Counted from the first letter of the whole stretch, positions 40,420 through 50,500 are shown. The stretch: DNA of 59,755 bases, filler included, from 9 parts of 9 records of this genome joined end to end with filler, not necessarily neighbours in it; one strand, 5' to 3'. Program-made: numbers and translations. The notes: a model not told the origin generated them from the letters alone.

Positions 40420-41073
40420 ATGGAAGCGATTAAGGTAATATTGGTTGATGACCATAAAATTTTTAGAGACGGGTTTCGCCTTCTGCTGCAGAGCTTTTCG
40501 TATGTAGAGGTTATTGGTGAAGCATCTAATGGTAGTGAGTTATTGAGCATGTTGGACTCTCATTCTCCCGATATTATTTTTATGGATATTAACATGCCTC
40601 ATGTAGATGGAGTAGAGGCGAGTCAGCAAGCTCTTGAGCGTTTTCCCGATTTAAAGATTATAGCCCTAACCACCTTTCTCGATGATGATTATTTGGAGCA
40701 AATGCTCATGGCTGGGGTAGAAGGCTATATGCTTAAAAGTGCAGAAATTGAGGAGTTTGAGAAAGCCATTTTAAAAGTTAATGCAGGAGGAAACTATTTC
40801 TCCGATGAGATTGTATCTCTCTTATCTGATAAATTAAATACCTTACGAAAACGTAAGAAGCAACAATCCGATTTGCCTAAATTTACCGATAGAGAGTCAG
40901 AAGTATTAGCACTGATCTGTAAGGGGTTTGGGAACAAACAAATAGCAGAAAAAACATTTTTAAGTCCTAAAACAATTGAAAAACACAAAAGTAGTTTGTT
41001 TCAGAAAACAGGAACTTACAATACGGTAAACTTGGTGATTTACGCCTTTAAACACAGATTAATTAAAGACTAA
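40420..41073 (+). CDS. NarL/LuxR-family response regulator
   Basis: LVDDH, MDINMP, GYMLK, TDRESEVL, LSPKTIEKH. Confidence 0.95.
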   Translation: MEAIKVILVDDHKIFRDGFRLLLQSFSYVEVIGEASNGSELLSMLDSHSPDIIFMDINMPHVDGVEASQQALERFPDLKIIALTTFLDDDYLEQMLMAGVEGYMLKSAEIEEFEKAILKVNAGGNYFSDEIVSLLSDKLNTLRKRKKQQSDLPKFTDRESEVLALICKGFGNKQIAEKTFLSPKTIEKHKSSLFQKTGTYNTVNLVIYAFKHRLIKD

Positions 41074-41191
41074 AATTCTCATTCCGAAGTAGGGATTTCC
41101 CCATTGTTTAGCCGTATTGCTTCCGGTATTTTCGTATTTCATTTAAAAGCTCTGTTTGCTTGAATGAAGATAGAAAAGAAGAGAGGTAGAT

Positions 41192-42517
41192 ATGATTAGA
41201 TTTATTAAAAAGAAGAGATTATTTGACAGGATAAAAGATCCTTTGGTAGAGTTCGTGCGTTTAGAGGCATTCGGTGGAATTGTCCTTATGTTCTTTACCA
41301 TTTTTGCCATTGCTTTGGCGAATTCAGAATTTGGTGATTCATTTTTGGCTTACTGGAAAGGCTATTTCGGCTTTCATTTTGGAGACTGGAAGCTGTCTAA
41401 AACTTTGTCGCATTGGATCAACGACGGTCTAATGGCTATTTTCTTCTTTGTAGTCGGCTTGGAAATTAAAAGAGAGCTTTTAACAGGTGGATTGTCGAGC
41501 ATGAGAAAGGCAAGTTTGCCGATATTTGCTGCAATTGGAGGAATGCTTGTTCCTGCATTAATCTATTTGATATTCAATCAGCAGGGAAACGGCACACATG
41601 GTTGGGGAATACCTATGGCTACCGATATTGCATTTGCTTTGGGTATCTTAATGCTATTGGGAAAACGAATTCCACTGGCACTTAAACTTTTGCTTACGTC
41701 TATTGCAATTGTTGATGATATTGGTGCAGTGCTGGTTATTGCCTTGTATTATACAAGTGAAATAGATTGGCTGTACTTGCTATATGGTGGGGGTATATAT
41801 GTTGTGTTGTGGTGCTTGAATTTAATGAAAGTCCGAAATATTCCGGTTTTTCTTATTTTAGGTTTATTCCTGTGGTACGCTATGTTGAAATCAGGTGTAC
41901 ACGCTACCTTAGCAGGAATCTTATTAGCTTTTACTATTCCCGCCAGAGCCAGTCGAAATGTATTTGAATTCATTCGATCAAATACAGTATTGTTAACACA
42001 ATTGGGAGGGGAAAACTCCAATAATATTATAAAGTTTGAAGAAAAGCATGTTCAGTCTTCTGTAAATGCGATAGAGGCGAATTGCAATCAGGTAATTTCA
42101 CCTTTGCATAGATTAGAGCATCTGTTTCATCCATGGGTCGCCTATTTAATTGTTCCACTGTTCGCTTTTGCCAATGCAGGTGTAATTGTTGATGCCAAGT
42201 TGATAAGTGATATTGCAGAACCTGTTTCATTAGGAATTATTTTTGGATTATTTATAGGTAAGCCATTGGGAATCTTTTTATTTTCATATGTAGGAGTTAA
42301 ATTAAAATTAGCTCAAATTCCTTCTGAAGTTTGTTGGTCGCAAATCATTGGAATAGGTTTCTTAGGAGGTATTGGTTTTACCATGTCTTTCTTTGTATCA
42401 CAACTGGCATTTACCAATGAAGAAGTGCTTAGTTTGGCAAAATTCGCAGTTCTTATTGCCTCACTTGTATCGGGGGTAATAGGCTTTTTAATACTAAAAT
42501 TATTTTGTCGCAAATGA
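41192..42517 (+). CDS. nhaA: Na+/H+ antiporter NhaA
   Basis: WINDGLMAIFFF, GLEIKRE, GIPMATDIAF, AIVDD, SGVHAT, GIGFTMS. Confidence 0.96.
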   Translation: MIRFIKKKRLFDRIKDPLVEFVRLEAFGGIVLMFFTIFAIALANSEFGDSFLAYWKGYFGFHFGDWKLSKTLSHWINDGLMAIFFFVVGLEIKRELLTGGLSSMRKASLPIFAAIGGMLVPALIYLIFNQQGNGTHGWGIPMATDIAFALGILMLLGKRIPLALKLLLTSIAIVDDIGAVLVIALYYTSEIDWLYLLYGGGIYVVLWCLNLMKVRNIPVFLILGLFLWYAMLKSGVHATLAGILLAFTIPARASRNVFEFIRSNTVLLTQLGGENSNNIIKFEEKHVQSSVNAIEANCNQVISPLHRLEHLFHPWVAYLIVPLFAFANAGVIVDAKLISDIAEPVSLGIIFGLFIGKPLGIFLFSYVGVKLKLAQIPSEVCWSQIIGIGFLGGIGFTMSFFVSQLAFTNEEVLSLAKFAVLIASLVSGVIGFLILKLFCRK

Positions 42518-42554
42518 GCGAATAATTTTTCATAGATCAGTATTAGTTTTTTTG

Positions 42555-42584
42555 AATAGCCGAAACATTGTTTCGGCTATTTTT
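42555..42584 (+). terminator. Intrinsic terminator after nhaA
   Basis: AATAGCCGAAACA-T-TGTTTCGGCTATT followed by T-run. Confidence 0.8.
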
Positions 42585-42746
42585 ATTTGAGAAATACTAG
42601 GTTTTATTTCACTTGTTAAATCAATTGTTTATCAGTTGGTTTTGTTCTGTGATGCCTGTTTTTATTGATGTTTGTGAAATTTATTTTATCAAAATATTTT
42701 GGAGGAATGGAAATAATCCCCATATTTGCATCGCAATCAACGCAAC

Positions 42747-42761
42747 GCGGATGTGGCGTAA
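42747..42761 (+). tRNA. tRNA 5' end (probably tRNA-Leu), cut by contig end
   Basis: GCGGATG-TG-GCGTAA; acceptor strand is complementary to CATCCGC at 35562-35568; Bacteroidota-like -7 element CATATTTG at 42721. Confidence 0.7.
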
Positions 42762-42989
42762 NNNNNNNNNNNNNNNNNNNNNNNNNNNNNNNNNNNNNNN
42801 NNNNNTTAATTAATTAANNNNNNNNNNNNNNNNNNNNNNNNNNNNNNNNNNNNNNNNNNNNTAAGAAACTAATTAAAATTTATATAGTTAATAAAGGTTC
42901 TAATTTTTTTGATAATTTAGCGGAAAAATAAAAAAACATAAAGTATAATATATTAGCATCAAAAAAACATAAATTTAAGGAGGAACAAA

Positions 42990-43808
42990 ATGAAGAAAAT
43001 CTTAAGTGTAATGTTGTTTGTGTCTGTAGTTGTGGCGAGTAGTGCTAAGGAGTATGTTGTGCAGAAAGGTGAATATCTGGGGAAAATAGCTAGAGAGAAT
43101 AACACAACAATCAATGCAGTAGCTCAGAAAAATAAGATAAAAAATGCTGATATGATCTATGCAGGTCAGAAATTATACTTGCCGGAAGGTAAAAATAAAG
43201 TAAATGTGCTGAATGCTTTATCTATAAAAGATGCTTATTATGATGAATTTGTAATGGCTTTGGAAGAAAAAGCTGAAATGATGGATGGTGGAATTAGATT
43301 TCTTGTTAATCAAGCTGAGCCAACTGAGTTAATGTTTGTCGGAAGAGCAAGAAGCCAATATGGATTAGAAAAACTTAGCGGAAAACTTACAGAGGGAAAA
43401 TTAGCTGAACTTGAAGGAATGGCTATGGCATCTGAACCAATGGTTGTGGGACTAAATCCAATTTTTTCAACTAACGGAGAGTATTTAAGAACTCCTTCAA
43501 GAAGAAAATCGCCATATATTGTTACATATATGTTTACTGTTGAAAGTATGAAAAGATCAGAAGTAATAGATAGAGTAAGAACTTATATTTATAGAACTCG
43601 TAAAGAAAAAGCAAACTTACTAGCTGATTTCTATAGTATAGATGGAAGTGAAAATACATTCTTTATCCATGAAGAGTTTAAAGCAGAAAAAGATTATATG
43701 GATGTTCATTTAGGAAAATCATACGCTATGAATCTTGAGACTTATCTAAACGGTGTGTTAGATAATGACTATGAAGCAGAAGCTTATGTATTCGAAGAAA
43801 TAAAATAG
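42990..43808 (+). CDS. Exported LysM protein with C-terminal ABM (monooxygenase-like, YgiN/LsrG-type) domain(s)
   Basis: Signal peptide; YVVQKGEYLGKIA...NKIKNADMIYAGQKLYLP (LysM); TRKEKANL..DFY...NTFFIHEEF...HL (ABM-like). Confidence 0.7.
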   Translation: MKKILSVMLFVSVVVASSAKEYVVQKGEYLGKIARENNTTINAVAQKNKIKNADMIYAGQKLYLPEGKNKVNVLNALSIKDAYYDEFVMALEEKAEMMDGGIRFLVNQAEPTELMFVGRARSQYGLEKLSGKLTEGKLAELEGMAMASEPMVVGLNPIFSTNGEYLRTPSRRKSPYIVTYMFTVESMKRSEVIDRVRTYIYRTRKEKANLLADFYSIDGSENTFFIHEEFKAEKDYMDVHLGKSYAMNLETYLNGVLDNDYEAEAYVFEEIK

Positions 43809-43836
43809 ATTATAGTTAACTATAAATAGAAATACT

Positions 43837-43881
43837 AAAAAAGCTGTGTGCGAGACGATGTCTCGTTGCACAGCTTTTTTT
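43837..43881 (+). terminator. Intrinsic terminator
   Basis: AAAAAAGCTGTG TG CGAGAC GAT GTCTCG TTG CACAGCTTTTTTT. Confidence 0.8.
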
Positions 43882-44178
43882 ATTCTTTTAAAAAATAATG
43901 TGTTGAAAAAGTCTTTTTCTCGACATATAAGTGCAGTAATATGTCAATTTGTATATTATTTATGACTTCTTTAAATAGTTTTAGATAGCTTTTCTCAAAA
44001 AATATACTTATTTCCGAATTACTTAGAAGTTCTTACTAAGCATTGAAAAATCTATGTTTCAAGAGAAAATATCTAACGTAAATCCGACTGTTTTGTAGAA
44101 ATGAAGACAAAAAGTTTCAAAAAAGAACTCTTGTGACATGTTTCTGACACATTAGAGTGGTTTAATAGTTACAGATAA

Positions 44179-44195
44179 GGAAAGCAAGCCTTTCC
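44179..44195. promoter_or_regulatory. Candidate repressor operator upstream of sugar ABC operon
   Basis: GGAAAG-CAAGC-CTTTCC inverted repeat 66 nt before the start codon. Confidence 0.3.
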
Positions 44196-44260
44196 AAAAT
44201 TAAATAAAGTTGAGGTTTTGATGAAGGACTTCAACTTATAAAAAACAGGAGGTAGTTTTA

Positions 44261-45529
44261 ATGACAAAAAGAAGATTGTTTAATCTGGTGTTACTGGTTG
44301 CATTCGCTATTATTTCAACTCAATCATTCGCTTTATTTGGATGGGGTAAAAAGAAGAAAGACAAAAAAGCTGAAATGACATTTATGGTTAATTTCCAACC
44401 ATCAGAGGCAATTACTGATTTACTTGAAGAAGTTGTTAATGACTTCAACGCTGAAAATGATGACATCGAAATTGAATTCATTCCTGGTAACTCTGGATAT
44501 GAAGCAATGATGAAAGCTAAAATGGCTGCTAACGACTTACCTGATTTATGGTCAACACATGGATGGTCAGTTGCTAGATATTCTGAATACTTAATGCCAC
44601 TTGAAGATCAAGCTTGGGCTTCAAATCTTCACCCGGCGATCAGACCTGTAATTACAGATAAAGCTGGACACATTTATGTTCTTCCAATAGATGTAGATGT
44701 TGCTGGTGTAGCGTACAACAAAGATGTTGTTGCAAAAGCTGGTGTAAACGTTGAAGACATCAAAACTTGGGATGACTTATTTGATGCTATGGCTAAAGTA
44801 AAAGCTATGGGTGTAACACCTGTACACATTGGTGGTAAAGATAACTGGACAATTGGAAACTTCTTCGATTGGGCAGCACCTGCGTTCTATGTAACTGATG
44901 ACGCTAACTACCAAGGTGACGATTTAAAAGATGGTAAATTCAACACTGAAACGTGGACTGAATTAGCTGCTATGTTCAAAGAAATGCAAGCAAAAGGTTA
45001 CTTAAATGTTGATGTACTTACTGCATCTTGGGCAGAAGTATCAAAAGCATTAGCAACTGGAAACTCAGCATTTGAATTCTTCGGAAACTATGTAAACTTA
45101 AATGCATGGTCAATTAACCCTGATGCTAACTTAGGATTCTTCCCAGTACCTGCTTACTTCGAAGGAGATGAGCCAAGCTTAATCTCAGGAGAAAGATCTA
45201 CAGTTGGTGTTTGGAAAGATACTAAATACCCTGAGCAAGCTAAAAAATTCCTAGACTACTTAGCTAAACCTGAAGTTATGGCTAAACTTGCATCTGCAAA
45301 CGGAATTCCTGCTGGATTAACTACAGCAAAATCAGATATGGGTAAATTAACTGCTGACTACGAAAAATGGGCAAACGTACCTGCTTACCCTTACTTCGAT
45401 AGAGAATACTTACCAAGTGGAATGTGGGATACTATGTGTTCAACTGGAACTGGAGTACTTTCAGGAGATATGTCGGCTGAAGATGCTGCTGACAAAATGT
45501 TAGAAGATTTCAACAAATTATACAAGTAA
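44261..45529 (+). CDS. Oligosaccharide ABC transporter substrate-binding protein (CUT1, MsmE-like)
   Basis: Signal peptide; KMAANDLPDLW, YVLP, YNKDV, LGFFPVP. Confidence 0.9.
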   Translation: MTKRRLFNLVLLVAFAIISTQSFALFGWGKKKKDKKAEMTFMVNFQPSEAITDLLEEVVNDFNAENDDIEIEFIPGNSGYEAMMKAKMAANDLPDLWSTHGWSVARYSEYLMPLEDQAWASNLHPAIRPVITDKAGHIYVLPIDVDVAGVAYNKDVVAKAGVNVEDIKTWDDLFDAMAKVKAMGVTPVHIGGKDNWTIGNFFDWAAPAFYVTDDANYQGDDLKDGKFNTETWTELAAMFKEMQAKGYLNVDVLTASWAEVSKALATGNSAFEFFGNYVNLNAWSINPDANLGFFPVPAYFEGDEPSLISGERSTVGVWKDTKYPEQAKKFLDYLAKPEVMAKLASANGIPAGLTTAKSDMGKLTADYEKWANVPAYPYFDREYLPSGMWDTMCSTGTGVLSGDMSAEDAADKMLEDFNKLYK

Positions 45530-45592
45530 TTAATTAAGTAGGTGAACGAATAAATCTAATGAGATTTATATCCGTGAACTGAGGATGATAAT

Positions 45593-45619
45593 AGGGAGAG
45601 TTAGTCTCTCCCTTTTTTT
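45593..45619 (+). terminator. Stem-loop/terminator between binding protein and permeases
   Basis: AGGGAGAG-TTAGT-CTCTCCCTTTTTTT. Confidence 0.75.
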
Positions 45620-45690
45620 AAAAAAAGGAATTAACTAGTGTCAATCTTTAGATTGGCGAAAGTGGATTATTTGAAAGGGAAGGAGTCTTT

Positions 45691-46611
45691 ATGGAAAATG
45701 TAAAAACAGTTAAAGCTGCAAAGCCACAGAAAAAAGTCAGTTTTATGGATACTGATGCAGCAACTAATTTAATGTATGTACCTGCTTTTATCCTATTTAT
45801 AATATTCGTTTTATACCCTCTACTTGATGGTGTTAGAATATCATTTACAGATTGGAATGGGTTCTCACAAAAATTTGATTATATTGGTTTAAAAAATTAT
45901 GGTTATATGCTAAAAGATAAAAACTATCTGACAGCGTTCTTTAACACAATGTTATATGGATTTGGAAGTACGATATTTCAACAAGTTTTAGGTTTGGCAT
46001 ATGCTCTGTTATTAAATACAGCATTTAGAGGTAGAACATTTGCGAGAACTTTAATTTATCTTCCGGTTCTTATTGCTCCGTTAATTATGGGATTCATGTG
46101 GTATTTCTTATTCCAATACAACAATGGTGCACTTAATGATGTATTAATGATGTTTGGAAAAAATCCTATTGATTGGTTAGCGAAAGGTAATTCAGCAGTA
46201 GCTATTATTACAATCGTAAACACATTACAATTCTGCGGGATTTCAATGGTAATATATTTAGCTGGACTTCAAACAATACCTAAGATGTATTATGAAGCAG
46301 CTCAAATTGATGGTGCAAATGCATATCAACAGTTTAGAGGAATTACACTTCCTTTATTAAAACCTTCAATTGTTACAAGTATGACAATTAACTTAATTGG
46401 GGGATTAAAATTATTTGATGCAATCAAAGCATTAACGAATGGTGGACCGGGATACTCTTCACATTCAATTTCAACTTTATTAAGTTATACTTACTTTAAC
46501 AGCCAAGCAGCAGGTTATGCATCGGCAATGGGAATAATACTATTTGTATTTATCATACTTGTAAGTATTGCAACTCAGAAAATTTTTAATAGAAATGAGG
46601 TTGATTATTAA
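45691..46611 (+). CDS. Carbohydrate ABC permease (MalF-like)
   Basis: YLAGLQTIP..YEAAQIDGAN, ITLPLLKP, LTNGGP. Confidence 0.93.
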   Translation: MENVKTVKAAKPQKKVSFMDTDAATNLMYVPAFILFIIFVLYPLLDGVRISFTDWNGFSQKFDYIGLKNYGYMLKDKNYLTAFFNTMLYGFGSTIFQQVLGLAYALLLNTAFRGRTFARTLIYLPVLIAPLIMGFMWYFLFQYNNGALNDVLMMFGKNPIDWLAKGNSAVAIITIVNTLQFCGISMVIYLAGLQTIPKMYYEAAQIDGANAYQQFRGITLPLLKPSIVTSMTINLIGGLKLFDAIKALTNGGPGYSSHSISTLLSYTYFNSQAAGYASAMGIILFVFIILVSIATQKIFNRNEVDY

Positions 46612-47450
46612 TGACTAGCCAAGAAAATAGTGGTATAGGAAAAAGCTATAACGGACTTAAGTCAGCAATTGCTATTATAGTATCACTTATACATTTCCTA
46701 CCTTTATATATAGCAACAACAGTAGCGTTTAAACCAAAAACTGATCTATCATCTAGATGGTTATTCCCTAGATCGATTAGTATGGAAAACTTCTTATTAG
46801 CGATTAACAAAGCTAAATTAGTATTAGCTATGAAAAACAGTATAATTATTACTGGAATTTCAATTGTATTGATCGTTGCGGTAGGAGCTATGGCTGCCTA
46901 TCCATTAGCGAGAAACAAATCAAAGTTTAATAAAATAGTTCTTAACTTAGTAGTTGCAGTTATGATGGTACCACCTTTAAGTGTACTTGTACCTATCGTA
47001 ACTATGATGGCTAAAATGCATGCAGTAAGTACTTACTGGGGAGTTATCTTAGCATTAGTTACTTTCCAATTACCATTAAGTATTTTCTTATATGCAAACT
47101 TTATCGATACTATCCCTGATTCACTAGATGAAGCAGCTCTTATCGATGGATGTAGCAGATTCGCTATCTACTGGAGAATTATCCTTCCATTACTTAAGCC
47201 GGTAACTGCTACAGTAGTTATCCTAACAGGTATCTTTGTATGGAACGATTTCCAGTTCTCATTATACTTATTACAATCACCAAAAATGAAAGTTGTTACT
47301 TTAGCAGTATCATCTTTCTTCGGAAGATCTGCTTCGAACGTAAATGCGGCTGCCGCATCAGCGATTCTTGGAGCACTACCGGTAACTATCCTTTACTTAG
47401 CTTTACAGAAATACTTCGTTAAAGGTATGGTAGATGGAGCTGTAAAATAA
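46611..47450 (+). CDS. Carbohydrate ABC permease (MalG-like)
   Basis: IPDSLDEAALIDGCS, VWNDF, LQKYFVKGMVDGAVK. Confidence 0.93.
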   Translation: MTSQENSGIGKSYNGLKSAIAIIVSLIHFLPLYIATTVAFKPKTDLSSRWLFPRSISMENFLLAINKAKLVLAMKNSIIITGISIVLIVAVGAMAAYPLARNKSKFNKIVLNLVVAVMMVPPLSVLVPIVTMMAKMHAVSTYWGVILALVTFQLPLSIFLYANFIDTIPDSLDEAALIDGCSRFAIYWRIILPLLKPVTATVVILTGIFVWNDFQFSLYLLQSPKMKVVTLAVSSFFGRSASNVNAAAASAILGALPVTILYLALQKYFVKGMVDGAVK

Positions 47451-47489
47451 TAACTAGTAATTAGTAGAAATTAGTAAAAATCAAAATCT

Positions 47490-47595
47490 GTAGGGGCGTA
47501 TTGATATACGCCAGACAGAAATGGAATAATGGGCAGACATAGGAGTCTGCCCATACAAGAAAATTATCTGTAGTGATAGACCCCTGTGTCTATCC
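47490..47595. repeat. Cluster of three GTAG-type REP-like palindromes in alternating orientation
   Basis: GTAG-GGGCGTAT-TGAT-ATACGCC (47490); reverse GTAT-GGGCAGAC-TCCTAT-GTCTGCCC (47556-47531); GTAG-TGATAGAC-CCCTGT-GTCTATC (47570). Confidence 0.65.
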
Positions 47596-47647
47596 GGTTG
47601 AAATATTACCCCTACAATTTATCATATTACTGTAATAATAAAGTGAG

Positions 47648-48223
47648 TTGAGTGTTATGAAATTAATGGAAACAAAAGTTTATCAGTTTGGTTTTGTGGT
47701 CTATGACTACCTCATGCTGAACTTCATTATAACTCTATTCAGCATTCCTGTAGTTACTCTGGTCCCTGCTGTGGTAGCAGGGGCTAGGTGCCACGGGAAA
47801 GGAGAGTTTAAATTTAAAGATTATCTAGGTAACTTTAAGACTAATTATTTAAATTTAACTTTTTTATCAAACCTTTACCTGTCTGTAATTGTGTTAATAG
47901 GATTTTATACAATAAAGAACTTTCAAGCTGGACAGAATACCCTGATATTGGCAGCATTAGTATTTTTATTAATTGAACTTATACTTGCATTCTTGCAGCT
48001 TTTCAATGAAAACATCTGCTATGAAGCTAATCTGGGAATAATGATTAAAAATAGTTTTATTTACGGGAATGTTTATTTTCTGCAAAGTCTGATTGTAGTT
48101 GCATTAATAGTAGTATATGCTTACCTGACATCTTTTATTACAACATTAGCATTATTTATATTTTCATTTTTCATTTTGATCTATTCAAAATTTATGAAAT
48201 TAAATAATAAAAAAATTAAATAA
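47648..48223 (+). CDS. DUF624/YesL-like membrane protein
   Basis: LNFIITLFSIPVVTLVPAVVA motif; typical companion of CUT1 ABC operons. Confidence 0.65.
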   Translation: MSVMKLMETKVYQFGFVVYDYLMLNFIITLFSIPVVTLVPAVVAGARCHGKGEFKFKDYLGNFKTNYLNLTFLSNLYLSVIVLIGFYTIKNFQAGQNTLILAALVFLLIELILAFLQLFNENICYEANLGIMIKNSFIYGNVYFLQSLIVVALIVVYAYLTSFITTLALFIFSFFILIYSKFMKLNNKKIK

Positions 48224-48632
48224 TAACATAAAAAGACGCCTGTTTATTAACAGGCGAAACTTCTGGAAAAAATTGGAGTTGCTTTACACAAAAGAGTTAA
48301 TTAATAAAAATAATATTCAAATAACTTAATATTTAAAGTTTTAAAAATTCACATATTTAAAAAATCTAATAAAATTAATAAATCGAAAATACTATTTTTA
48401 GCATGGCTAAATAAAAAGCTATATGCGATTTCACCCAATAGTATAAGATTTACACAATTAGTTTTAAATCACTCACACACAAAAAATAATTTAAGGAGGC
48501 ATTATCATTATGACAAAAACATTAATTTCACCNNNNNNNNNNNNNNNNNNNNNNNNNNNNNNNNNNNNNNNNNNNNTTAATTAATTAANNNNNNNNNNNN
48601 NNNNNNNNNNNNNNNNNNNNNNNNNNNNNNNN

Positions 48633-49267
48633 AGCTTTTTCTTTACCGAGTCGTTTTCTTTGTAAATTACCTCAATGTAATTATTGGCCGATTTGATGAG
48701 TATGAGTTGTTCCGGGAAAAGGTGAAAATATTCTGTTTTATTTTCCGATTCAAATTCAATCTCGACCGGAGAGTCGGGTATAAAATCTTCAACGGGTTCG
48801 AGCGATTCGTTTTCCAGTTTGACGACTTTCTTTTTTAATAAATAGAACTGGTTGTTAATTACCAGAATAACCGTTGCGGTACTGGAAATGATTACGATAT
48901 TTATTACAATTGGAAATGTCATTGGGATGCGTCCGACATACCGGGCAAAGAACGAAAAGGCAACGGAATTAAAAATTACAAAAATCAGATTAATAATTAT
49001 TTCCTTTTTTATGGTCCAGCTATCTTCCGAAAAAGTCTGGGTAAAAATGGATGGAATAACTAAACGGAAGATGCTTAATAATACAAGTGTTATTGCTCCA
49101 AAAGTGGCCAGAATAATCAAGCGATTGTTAAAATCGGGATTTTGAACATGAAAAGGTTGAAAGAACAATAGAAATAAAAATATACCCAAACTTACTGAAA
49201 ATATCGACCTGGCATTTACCTTAAGGTTGTCGTTAAAAGGGTATTTTTTATTGAGCGTTTTAAGCAT
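48633..49267 (-). CDS. Membrane-anchored LytTR-family regulator (3' truncated)
   Basis: Four TMs (FLLFFQPF) then LILIKSANNYIEVIY (start of LytTR domain). Confidence 0.85.
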
Positions 49268-49288
49268 AAAGAAGCTTCGTATTATCTT

Positions 49289-50500
49289 TTAGAAAACAGC
49301 CAGCAGCAGGTTTATGTCTTTCGACGGAAGGTTGAATTCTCGTCCAACATCCGGATTGGTTAAAATGCCGTGGTAAATGTATACGCCTTTGCGGAAGCCT
49401 TTTGAAACTTTAATGTAATTGTCAACACCTCCGTTATCACCAATGGCCAGTAAAATTGGTATCAGAATGTTGCTAAGCGAAATGGAAGCTGTTCGGGCAA
49501 CCATAGCTGGCGTATTGGGTACACAATAATGTACTACGCCGTGTTTCTCATAGGTAGGATTATTAAAATCGGTACATTTAGAAGTTTCAAAACATCCTCC
49601 CTGGCTAATATTCAAATCGATTATTACCGATCCTTCTTTCATTTGTTTTACCAGGTTTTCTGATACTTTAAATTTCGGAGGTGTGTTAAATGAGGTTGCG
49701 CCGATAACGGCATCGGCAGAAATTAGGGCCTTGCGCAATACCTTCGGATAAAATACAGAGGTGAAGATGCGCCGACCAAGCTTTTCTTCAAGTCGGCTTA
49801 GGTCGTAAACCGATGTATCGAAAACTTTTACAAAAATGCCAAGGCCAAGAGCAGCTCTGGCTGCATATTCCGCCGTGGTACTAGTGCCAATAATTACGAG
49901 TTCAGCTGGTGTAACGCCTGTTACTTCGCCAAATAAAACTCCCTTACCATTTCGCGAATTACTTAAATATTCACTGGCAATGGTAATCGATGTTAATCCT
50001 GCAATCTGACTCATCTGGTGAACAAACGGAAGGAAACCTTCTTCGTTTTCAAGGTATTCAAAGGCAATGGTTGTTACCTTTTTTTGCATCATCTTCTGAA
50101 TTGATTCGCTGCAATGTGCTTGTATTTGCATGTTGGAAATAATAACCTGGTTACCCCTTAGCGAATCAATTTCCTTGCTATCGAATGGAGCTATGCGTAA
50201 AATTATATCACACTGAAAAGTTTCTTCTTTTGTTTCAACGATGGTTGCTCCAGCTTTCTGGTAGTCTTCATTGGAGTAGTTTGCCGACTTTCCTGCATCC
50301 CGTTCAATTAAAATCTCATGTCCATAAGAAACAAGCAAATCGGCAGCTTGAGGTGTTAAAGGCACACGATATTCAACTTTGGAAAAGTCGGAAGGAATAC
50401 CAATCTTCAATTTTTGCCCTTTCTTTTTTACCTCAAGCATTTCTTCTTTAGGCAGTAGCATGGTTTTTGGAATCGATACCTTTTCTTTTGCTTTATCCAT
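49289..50500 (-). CDS. Alanine dehydrogenase-like protein with degenerate catalytic motifs
   Basis: IGIP..EYRVPLTP, MSQIAG, QGGCFETS, HYCVPNTP fold motifs; altered active-site positions (see findings). Confidence 0.8.
   Translation of the reverse strand: MDKAKEKVSIPKTMLLPKEEMLEVKKKGQKLKIGIPSDFSKVEYRVPLTPQAADLLVSYGHEILIERDAGKSANYSNEDYQKAGATIVETKEETFQCDIILRIAPFDSKEIDSLRGNQVIISNMQIQAHCSESIQKMMQKKVTTIAFEYLENEEGFLPFVHQMSQIAGLTSITIASEYLSNSRNGKGVLFGEVTGVTPAELVIIGTSTTAEYAARAALGLGIFVKVFDTSVYDLSRLEEKLGRRIFTSVFYPKVLRKALISADAVIGATSFNTPPKFKVSENLVKQMKEGSVIIDLNISQGGCFETSKCTDFNNPTYEKHGVVHYCVPNTPAMVARTASISLSNILIPILLAIGDNGGVDNYIKVSKGFRKGVYIYHGILTNPDVGREFNLPSKDINLLLAVF

Noticed and set aside
48510-48532. ORF start MTKTLISP after a strong RBS (resembles the glycerol dehydrogenase N-terminus)
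   Set aside because: Only seven to eight codons before the contig end; too short to call.
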